In this document: piece after piece, positions 25,027-32,000 of the stretch
How positions within the stretch are numbered: position 1 is the first letter of the stretch
How the letters are laid out: each line of letters opens with the position of its first letter
From: Bifidobacterium longum subsp. longum JCM 1217
Lineage (GTDB): Bacteria > Actinomycetota > Actinomycetes > Actinomycetales > Bifidobacteriaceae
Direction: 5' to 3'
Assembly: GCF_000196555.1 (NCBI RefSeq)
Contig: NC_015067.1
Location: 1,890,001-1,922,000, forward strand
Length of the DNA stretch: 32,000 nt
Program-made: the position numbers and the translations under genes
Notes under the pieces: model-generated
Told to the model about the DNA's origin: nothing
Seen by the model: only the letters and a program-made list of their open reading frames with translations
The model's database searches: none

Positions 25027-25100
25027 TTGGGACTTGTTCTCACATTGGGCGAATAACTGAACACTTGTTCTCCTGTGGTTTGAGGAGGATGCCCGAAAGC

Positions 25101-25133
25101 GGCGATCCGGCTACGGCTGGACGCCGTTTTTTG
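25101..25133 (+). terminator. Intrinsic terminator of phoU
   Basis: GGCGATCC-ggctacggct-GGACGCC (one bulged A) followed by GTTTTTTG. Confidence 0.6.
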
Positions 25134-25137
25134 TTGC

Positions 25138-25305
25138 TTTTGGGCGGTACACCGGCGTATCCATGGGGCGGCAAAACACCCATAGGGCGGTAACTTGCCC
25201 ATGGGGCGGTTTGAAGGATATGTGAAACCGCGGAATTAAGCCATTCTGGCATACCGCCCCATGAGGGTTTTACCGCCCCATGGGGTAATCACCGCCCCAT
25301 GGGGG
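25138..25305. repeat. Array of CCCATGGGGCGGT units: 3-4 direct copies then 3 inverted copies, 19-bp period
   Basis: GGGCGG cores start at 25142, 25166, 25185 and 25204. CCGCCC cores start at 25254, 25273 and 25292. The two blocks are mutual reverse complements at the unit level, while the spacers differ. Confidence 0.85.
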
Positions 25306-25384
25306 ATTTGGCAGGCATAGCAAAGGGGAGCCGCACGTTATGTGCGACTCCCCTTACAGCTTGTACCGTGTTAGCGGCTTAGGC

Positions 25385-26125
25385 TCACTTCTGGCCCTGA
25401 GCGGCGACAGCGGCGGCACCGGCAGCAGCAGCCTCCGGGTCCAGGTACTCGCCACGCGGCTTGATCGGCTTGAAGTTCTCGTCCAGCTCGTAGAGCAGCG
25501 GGATGGCGGTCGGGATGTTGACCTTGGCGATCTCTTCCTCAGACAGGTTGTCCAGCATCTTGACGATGGCGCGGAGGGAGTTGCCGTGGGCAGCAATCAG
25601 CACGGTCTTGCCGGCCTTGAGCTCCGGCTCGATAGCGGACTCGAAGTACGGCTTCACACGCTCAACAACGTTGGCCAGGCACTCGGCTTCCGGAACCGGA
25701 TCGCCGGCGTAGCGCGGGTCGTTGTTCTGGGCGTACTGGTCGTTCGGGTCGATCTCGGGCGGCGGGGTGGCGTAAGAACGGCGCCACAGCATGAACTTCT
25801 CGTCGCCGTACTCTTCGCGGATCTCGGTCTTGTTCTTGCCCTGCAGAGCGCCGTAGTGACGCTCGTTGAGACGCCAGTCACGCTGAACCGGAATCCACAG
25901 ACGATCTGCGGCATCCAGAGCGATGTTGGCGGTGTTGATGGCGCGACGCAGCAGGGAGGTGAACACGATGTCCGGAAGGACGTTCTTCTCCTTGAGCAGC
26001 TCGCCGCCACGCTTGGCTTCGGCTTCACCCTGCTCGGTCAGCGGTACGTCGACCCAGCCGGTGAACTGGTTAGTTTTATTCCATGCGCTCTGTCCATGAC
26101 GGAGCAGTACTAGTTTATAAGTCAT
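25385..26125 (-). CDS. gpmA: 2,3-bisphosphoglycerate-dependent phosphoglycerate mutase
   Basis: ATG 26125 ([16 protein letters not shown], the catalytic His motif). The track ORF adds 10 upstream codons. The second His motif is in AAHGNSLRA. Length is 246 aa. Confidence 0.9.
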   Translation of the reverse strand: MTYKLVLLRHGQSAWNKTNQFTGWVDVPLTEQGEAEAKRGGELLKEKNVLPDIVFTSLLRRAINTANIALDAADRLWIPVQRDWRLNERHYGALQGKNKTEIREEYGDEKFMLWRRSYATPPPEIDPNDQYAQNNDPRYAGDPVPEAECLANVVERVKPYFESAIEPELKAGKTVLIAAHGNSLRAIVKMLDNLSEEEIAKVNIPTAIPLLYELDENFKPIKPRGEYLDPEAAAAGAAAVAAQGQK

Positions 26126-26184
26126 ACGGTTCAGTCTACAGCCGCGTGCGCCCAAACACGAGTATTCGTCTTATTATTTCGCTC

Positions 26185-27150
26185 TCAGAGCGTCACGGAA
26201 ACCGCCAGCACCACCGCAAACAGCAAGGTCTGGAAGCTGGCGGCGGGCAGAGCCGGGCGGAATTGACGTTTATTCACGCTGGAGACCATGCGCACAGGTA
26301 TTCCGACGCCCGAGATCAACAGCACTGCGCCCCACGGCCACCATAGGGTCGCGCACATGAGCAGGGCTATGGCCCACGCGGCCACGCAGCACACAATCAG
26401 CAGCGTACGCGCGCCGGATTCACCCAGCCGTACGGCCAGCGTGCACTTACCATGCTCACGATCCTCGTCGATGTCACGGATATTGTTCACCATCATGATC
26501 AGGCAGGAGAACAGGCCAGCCGCCACAGCACCCAATAGTCCGCCGACGTCCACCGTGCCGCACAGCGCGTATTCGGTGCCCAATACCGCAGCCAAGCCGA
26601 AGAACAGGAACACGCCGACTTCTCCCAGCCCGACGTATCCATACGGATGCTTGCCACCGGTGTAGAACCAGCCGGCCAGCAAGGAGGCCACACCCACGGC
26701 AAACAGCCACCAAGCTTGGGAAATCACGATAGCGGCAATGCCGCATATGCAGGCGATGGCGGCGCAAATCATCGCCGCGAACAGTACATGCTTGGCCGGT
26801 ACCAGTCCGGATGCGGTCAGTCGCTGGGGTTTGCCTGATTTCGATTCGTCCGTGTCACGCCCGGCGTCAGTGCCGCGGATGCCATCGGAATAGTCGTTCG
26901 CATAGTTGACGGCGATTTGCAGGAACAGCGCGACTAGCAGGCACAGGATGGTCACCGGCCAGAATCGGTCCATCAGCAGGGTCTGCTGTTCACGGGCCGT
27001 GGCGCAGGAGGCCGGTTCGGGATATATTGCGATGCAGGTGCCCGACTGCTCGATATGCGCGTATGCCATCGTCGCCCCAACCATCACCGACGCGATGGAA
27101 GTGGCCAAGGTCTTGGGACGCGCGCCCCGAACCCACAAGCCGATGGACAT
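26185..27150 (-). CDS. menA: UbiA-family prenyltransferase, MenA-like (1,4-dihydroxy-2-naphthoate polyprenyltransferase)
   Basis: A multi-TM protein with both Asp-rich UbiA motifs: NYANDYSDGIRGTD and NNIRDIDEDREHGK. ATG 27150 follows GAAAGGGA. The track start at 27156 is TTG. Confidence 0.75.
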   Translation of the reverse strand: MSIGLWVRGARPKTLATSIASVMVGATMAYAHIEQSGTCIAIYPEPASCATAREQQTLLMDRFWPVTILCLLVALFLQIAVNYANDYSDGIRGTDAGRDTDESKSGKPQRLTASGLVPAKHVLFAAMICAAIACICGIAAIVISQAWWLFAVGVASLLAGWFYTGGKHPYGYVGLGEVGVFLFFGLAAVLGTEYALCGTVDVGGLLGAVAAGLFSCLIMMVNNIRDIDEDREHGKCTLAVRLGESGARTLLIVCCVAAWAIALLMCATLWWPWGAVLLISGVGIPVRMVSSVNKRQFRPALPAASFQTLLFAVVLAVSVTL

Positions 27151-27175
27151 AAGCAATCCCTTTCATATATAACTC

Positions 27176-27198
27176 GGCTCCCCTCTCTGAGGGGAGCC
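27176..27198 (-). terminator. Hairpin after lysS
   Basis: GGCTCCCCTC-tct-GAGGGGAGCC: a 10-bp perfect stem located 14 nt after the lysS stop codon. Confidence 0.5.
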
Positions 27199-27211
27199 AG
27201 AGTATGCCTAA

Positions 27212-28894
27212 TCAGCCAACGAGCGGCTTGACCAGCGGGAAGGTGATGGTCTCGCGAATCGTGGCACCGGTCAAGGCGATAAGCAGTCGATCAATACCCA
27301 TACCCATACCGCCGGCCGGAGGCATGCCCACGCCGAGAGCCTCGAGGAAGTCCTCATCGATGTCGCAAGCCTCTTCGTCGCCAGCGAGCGCGTCCTTGGC
27401 CTGAGCCACGAAACGTTCACGCTGCACGATCGGGTCGTTGAGCTCGGAGTAGCCGGTAGCCAGCTCGAAGCCGCGCACGTAGAGATCCCACTTCTCCACC
27501 ACGCCGGGCTTGGTGCGGTGGCCCTTGACCAGCGGGGAGGTTTCGACCGGGAAGTCACGCACGAAGGTGGGCTCGTAAAGCTTGTCCTCGTAGAAGTGCT
27601 CCCACAGGTGTTCGACGAGCTTGCCGTGGTTCTCCACGTCGTCGCGCTCTACGCCGAGCTTGTCGGCGATGGCGCCCAGGTGCTCAACGGAGGTGCCGGG
27701 GGCGTCCGGGCCGCCGTTCGGCACAATCTCCTCGCCCAACGATTCGGACAGGGAGTCGTACATGCTGATGGTCTTCCATTCGCCGCCGAAGTCGTATTCG
27801 GTGCCGTCGAGCAGGGTGACCTTGTGCGAGCCGTAGACGTCCATGGCGGTCTTCTGCACGAGCTCCTTGACCAGCTGGCCGATGGAATCATAGGTGCCAT
27901 AGGCCTGGTAGGCCTCGACCATGGTGAATTCGGGGGCGTGCGTGGCGTCGACGCCCTCATTGCGGAAGTCACGGTTGATTTCGAACACGCGATCGATGCC
28001 GCCGACCAGGCAGCGCTTGAGGAACAGTTCCGGGGCGATGCGAAGGTACAGGTCAAGGTCGAAGGCGTTCATGTGCGTGGTGAACGGGCGGGCGGCCGCG
28101 CCACCGTGCAGGGTCTGCAGCATCGGGGTTTCGACCTCGAGGAAGTCGTGGTCGTCAAAGGTGCGGCGCAGGGAGGCCACGGCCTTGGAGCGGTTGCGCA
28201 CCATGTTGCGGATGTTCTCGTCCGCAATCATGCCGATGTACGGCTTGCGGGTGCGGGTGTCTTCGTTCAGGTCCTTGTGCAGGGCCGGCAGCGGCTGCAG
28301 GGCCTTAGAGGCGATAGCCCACTCAGTGGCGAATACGGACAGCTCGCCGGTCTTGGAGGCGATGACGCGGCCCTTGAGGTACAGGTGATCGCCAAGGTCG
28401 ACGAGCTGCTTGAACTGCTTGAGCGAGTCGGCGCCAATCTCCTTCTTGGAGATCATGCCCTGAATCTTGGTGCCGTCACCGGCGGACAGCTGCACGAAGC
28501 ACAGGCCGCCCGCGTTGCGCAGGAACAGCACGCGGCCAGCAATGCCGACCATGTCTTCGGTCTCTTCGCCAGCCTCGAGCTTGCCGTCATACTTGGCGCG
28601 AACCGCCTCGATGGTGTCGGTGACGTCCAAGTGCACCGGGTAGGGGGCGATGCCGGCCTCAAGCATCATCGCGCGCTTGGCCACGCGCATCTGCACCTGC
28701 TCGGGGTGGGCCAGCGGGCCGAACTCCTTGTTGGAGGGGTCCACGGCTTCGTCCAGCGTGGCACCGGACTTGATCTTCTCGCGGATGGTGGCGTCCTGCT
28801 TGAGCAGCATTTCCGCACGTTCGACGGTGCTCATCTGCGGGACGGCCGGGGTTTCATTCTCAGTGTTTTCGGTATTTTCGACAACTTCAGCCAT
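27212..28894 (-). CDS. lysS: Lysine--tRNA ligase (class II)
   Basis: 560 aa starting at ATG 28894. It has an OB-fold anticodon-binding region and class II motifs (FRNEG, ...GMPPAGGMGMGIDRL). The Glu/Asn/Thr-rich N-terminal tail is low complexity. Confidence 0.92.
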   Translation of the reverse strand: MAEVVENTENTENETPAVPQMSTVERAEMLLKQDATIREKIKSGATLDEAVDPSNKEFGPLAHPEQVQMRVAKRAMMLEAGIAPYPVHLDVTDTIEAVRAKYDGKLEAGEETEDMVGIAGRVLFLRNAGGLCFVQLSAGDGTKIQGMISKKEIGADSLKQFKQLVDLGDHLYLKGRVIASKTGELSVFATEWAIASKALQPLPALHKDLNEDTRTRKPYIGMIADENIRNMVRNRSKAVASLRRTFDDHDFLEVETPMLQTLHGGAAARPFTTHMNAFDLDLYLRIAPELFLKRCLVGGIDRVFEINRDFRNEGVDATHAPEFTMVEAYQAYGTYDSIGQLVKELVQKTAMDVYGSHKVTLLDGTEYDFGGEWKTISMYDSLSESLGEEIVPNGGPDAPGTSVEHLGAIADKLGVERDDVENHGKLVEHLWEHFYEDKLYEPTFVRDFPVETSPLVKGHRTKPGVVEKWDLYVRGFELATGYSELNDPIVQRERFVAQAKDALAGDEEACDIDEDFLEALGVGMPPAGGMGMGIDRLLIALTGATIRETITFPLVKPLVG

Positions 28895-29098
28895 GATTCA
28901 TCAGTGTACGCAAGGCCGGCGATTATGAGCCCGGCAGACCGCACGGCCATCTGAACACCCGCTCACATGACGCAAAACCGGCCCTGCACAAGGCTTGAGA
29001 GACCTGTACACATGGCGAATCCACCATCACGCAACACTCGCGACATGCCGATTTGCATTGTCCACCACCACAATGTAATATCTACATCTGTTGCCAAA

Positions 29099-29172
<74 letters not shown>

Positions 29173-29179
29173 CAACTGG

Positions 29180-29214
29180 ACCGGATTGTTGAGAAATCAG
29201 CAATCCGGTTTTTC
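29180..29214 (+). terminator. Intrinsic terminator after tRNA-Pro
   Basis: ACCGGATTG-ttgagaaatcag-CAATCCGGT followed by TTTTC. Confidence 0.7.
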
Positions 29215-29394
29215 GTTTCCTGTCCCAACAATCAAACCAAGCGATTGAACAGCGGTAAACAACCCGCCGCACACAGCGACAAACCACATCACGGCAAGCC
29301 CCCGTATTTGTTGGCGGACCACCGTAATATATCGCTCGAATCAATCGATTGCCGCACTGTTTTTGTAAGTAATACTGAAGTAATTAGAGGAACC

Positions 29395-30571
29395 ATGAAG
29401 AAGAGTCTGCTTGCACTGGCTTCGGGCGCGTTCATTCTCGGTGCCGCCGAGTTCGTGATGATGGGCATTCTGCCGCAGGCCGCGGCCGCCACCGGCGTGG
29501 ACATCCCCACCGCAGGCCATTACATTTCCGCGTATGCGATCGGCGTGTGCTTCGGCACACTGATTCTGGTATTCGGCCGCAAGGTGCCGCCGAAGGACCT
29601 CATCATATTGTTTATGGTGATTGCCTTGGTGGGCAATCTGGCTTCCGCATTCTCCGTCAATGCCGCCATGCTGGTCGTCGCACGATTCGTCGCCGGCCTG
29701 CCGCACGGCGCATTCTTCGGCACAGCCACACTCATCGCCAAGACTCTGGCGGAGGAAGGCAAGGAGGCGCAGGCCGTATCCGTGATGGTCACCGGACAGA
29801 CCGTGGCCAATATGCTCGGCGTACCGGCGGGCACCTTGATGGCCGAGTTCCTTTCCTGGCGTCTTGCCTTCGGCATTTTGGCCGCTTGGGCGGCAATGAC
29901 GATTGTGCTGGCGTCGGCGTGGATTCCGTACGTTGCACCGATCAAGGACGCAGGCATCGCCGGTCACCCGCCGTGGCCCGTGGGTGATTTTGGCCGCCGT
30001 GTTCACCGGCAATGCCGGTGTGTTCTGCTGGTGGAGCTACGTCTCCCCTTGGCTGCAGAAAACCGGCGGATGGTCGTCTTCCCTGGTGCCGATGCTGATG
30101 ATGCTTGCCGGCTTTGGTATGGTCATCGGCGGTCTGCTTGGAGGTCGTCTGACCGACCATTGGAGGCATGCCGGCGCGGCCGCAATAGGTCAGTCCATCT
30201 CCTGCCTCGGCTTGTTGCTGGTGCTTATCACTCCGGGTAATCAGCCGATGACCGCTGTACTGACGTTCTGGATCGCCATCGGATTGTTCTTTACTTCCGC
30301 TCCACAGCAATTGCTGATGACCGAAGCCGGCCAGGGCGGCGGCGAGCTGATCGCCGGCGCGGCTGTACAGGTGGCGTTTAACTTCGGCAATGCCATCGGC
30401 TCGATTGTCGGCGGCGCGATGCTCACCACCTTCTCGATGAACTATCGCTATACCGGCCTGGGCGGTATGCCGCTGGCTCTGCTTGCCGTAGGGCTGCTGG
30501 CCTTCTACTCGTGGCGCTGCGAAACCGATACCGACGCCATTCACCGCTTGCGCGAAACCAAGGTGGACTGA
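29395..30571 (+). pseudogene. MFS transporter (YdhP/AraJ-like) interrupted by a +1 frameshift near 29950-29975
   Basis: The N-terminal half (MKKSLLALASGAFILGAAEF...IPYVAPIKDAGIAG) is in the frame of ORF 29245-30240. The C-terminal half (...RRGPWVILAAVFTGNAGVFCWWSYV...YSWRCE) is in the frame of ORF 29903-30571. The total span of 1177 nt equals 3n+1. Confidence 0.7.
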
Positions 30572-30657
30572 GACCAAGCTCACAGCAAACTCCCTGACGT
30601 GTTTGTTCACAGTATTAATAGACTGAAATCAGACACGATTCAGGGAGGTCTGGCGGT

Positions 30658-32000
30658 ATGGATGAGGAAGCACTGCTCAAACAATTCGCCGCGCAATTCG
30701 CGCATGGTCCAGACGATGCCGACGACACCGATGCGGCGGCCGCAGCACAAGGTGCCGATTCCACGGCGAACCAGGTTGCGGACGATGCCGATCAATCGCC
30801 CGCAACCTTTGATACCCAACAATTCCTGAACGGACTGGACGCGATTTTCGATCGCCACACGGCCGCCACCGAAGCCGGCCCGTACTTGGAACAGGCGATG
30901 GTGGACGCGGAAAACGCCGGCGACGAGGCCGGACTGCTCACCGTGCTCAACGAAACGATGGGCTTCTATCGCTCGCAAGGTCGGCACAAGGAGAATCAGT
31001 GGATTGTGCAGCGAGCGCTGGAACTGGCCGCTCGTATGGGCTTGACCACCGGCACATCCGAGGCGTGGGCCACCACGCTAATCAATTGCGCCACCTCGAT
31101 GCGCGCGGCCAAACAATACGATCAGGCCGAGGATTTGTATCATCAGGCGCAGAGTGTCTGCCGGCATTCGCTGGTGCCCACCGACCGTAGGCTCGCAGCA
31201 CTGCACAACAATCTGTCGATGCTCTACAGCGAGACGAATCGGCCCGACAAGGCGGAACTGGAGTTGCGTGAAGCGCTGCGCATTATCGAAGCCTCGAGCG
31301 TGAACCCGGACGCGGATATCGACGTGTCCAGCTCGCACACGAATCTGGCGTTGACCCTGCTGACCGAACACAAGTTGGAGGACGCGCATTGGCATGCAGC
31401 CAAGGCGCTGGAAATCTATCGCACCGGCCATCTGGAACATTCCGCGCATTATGCCTCCGCACTGGCGGGCTTCGCGCAGGTGTGCTTTGCCGAGAGACGG
31501 TATGCGGATGCGGTTACTGGATACCGGCATGCGCTGGCCGTGATCGAGGAATGTTACGGCAAGGACACCGATTACTGGCGTATCACCGCCGACAATCTGC
31601 GGCAGGCCGAGGAAGCGGCGGCGCAGGCCGGGGTGACGGTTGACAATGCAGGTGTTGCCGGCGATGCAGGCGCGCTGCCCCAGTCCGGCTCGCGGCTGCC
31701 GAACAGCCCGGCACAGGGCAAGACCGGTGCGAACGCGGCATCTTCCCCATCCACCGTTTCGGTGTCGACCGGTTCTGCGGGCGCGGCCGAGGCCGTTTCC
31801 GCATGCCCGGTGTCCGGACTGAAGCTGGCCCGCGCGTTCTGGACGCAGATGGGCAAGCCGATGATTGCGGCGAAGTATCCGCAGTATGCCGGGCGTATCG
31901 CCGCCGGTCTGGTGGGTCATGGCTCGGAATGCTACGGATTCGATGATGCGTATTCGCAGGACCACGATTTCGGCCCGCGCTTCTGCCTGTGGCTTACGGA
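30658..32000 (+). CDS. TPR-like / DUF4037-like protein, partial (continues past the window end)
   Basis: Absent from the track because it is open-ended. ATG 30658 follows GGGAGG. My translation runs MDEEALLKQFAAQFAHGPDD... with TPR-like helical repeats (…AEDLYHQAQSV…, LHNNLSMLYSETNRPDKAELELREAL, HTNLALTLLTEHKLEDAHWHAAKALEIY). It continues through a Ser/Ala/Gly linker to AAGLVGHGSECYGFDDAYSQDHDFGPRFCLWL, which I recall as typical of DUF4037. Confidence 0.65.
   Translation, partial: MDEEALLKQFAAQFAHGPDDADDTDAAAAAQGADSTANQVADDADQSPATFDTQQFLNGLDAIFDRHTAATEAGPYLEQAMVDAENAGDEAGLLTVLNETMGFYRSQGRHKENQWIVQRALELAARMGLTTGTSEAWATTLINCATSMRAAKQYDQAEDLYHQAQSVCRHSLVPTDRRLAALHNNLSMLYSETNRPDKAELELREALRIIEASSVNPDADIDVSSSHTNLALTLLTEHKLEDAHWHAAKALEIYRTGHLEHSAHYASALAGFAQVCFAERRYADAVTGYRHALAVIEECYGKDTDYWRITADNLRQAEEAAAQAGVTVDNAGVAGDAGALPQSGSRLPNSPAQGKTGANAASSPSTVSVSTGSAGAAEAVSACPVSGLKLARAFWTQMGKPMIAAKYPQYAGRIAAGLVGHGSECYGFDDAYSQDHDFGPRFCLWLT

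Noticed and set aside
25138-25305. The possibility that the periodic repeat array is a CRISPR array.
   Set aside because: The units are only about 13 bp with about 6-bp spacers (19-bp period). The two blocks are in opposite orientation. No cas genes or leader are present.

Overview
This is a GC-rich segment (about 60% GC by eye, not computed) that reads like core chromosome of a high-GC Gram-positive, most likely a Bifidobacterium. That assignment is an inference from the proteins: actinobacterial-type SerC, a SenX3-like kinase near gpmA, FucO, Cfa, AzlCD and thyA-folA. I support 29 protein-coding genes (two run off the window edges, one is frameshifted) and 4 tRNAs (Phe, Asp, Glu, Pro). Gene order: ABC exporter, membrane GT2 synthase, AI-2E transporter and a second GT2; fucO; cfa; MFS; tRNA-Phe/Asp; galE; trmB; tRNA-Glu; azlCD; LMW-PTP, folA and thyA; osmC; usp; three tandem secreted cell-wall hydrolases; serC; a small membrane protein; a SenX3-like kinase divergent from phoU; gpmA, menA and lysS; tRNA-Pro; a frameshifted MFS; and a TPR/DUF4037 gene. 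I see no transposase, integrase, CRISPR array, prophage or recognisable defence or toxin-antitoxin module. The unusual signals are mostly non-coding or about domain integrity. (1) A modular four-hairpin repeat of about 100-115 bp sits at three convergent gene junctions, and its stems differ by compensatory changes. (2) Six to seven CCCATGGGGCGGT units with a 19-bp period form two inverted blocks between phoU and gpmA. (3) The SenX3/PhoR-like kinase has lost its phospho-acceptor His (VSEQLLGP where VSHELxTP is expected) and has no adjacent response regulator. (4) A perfect 36-bp AT-rich inverted repeat lies in the galE/trmB divergent region. (5) The hydrolase cluster shares an N-terminal module and has a long leader. 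Many long ORFs in the track are antisense shadow ORFs or over-extended N-termini, as is typical of GC-rich DNA. I re-derived start codons by hand where I could.
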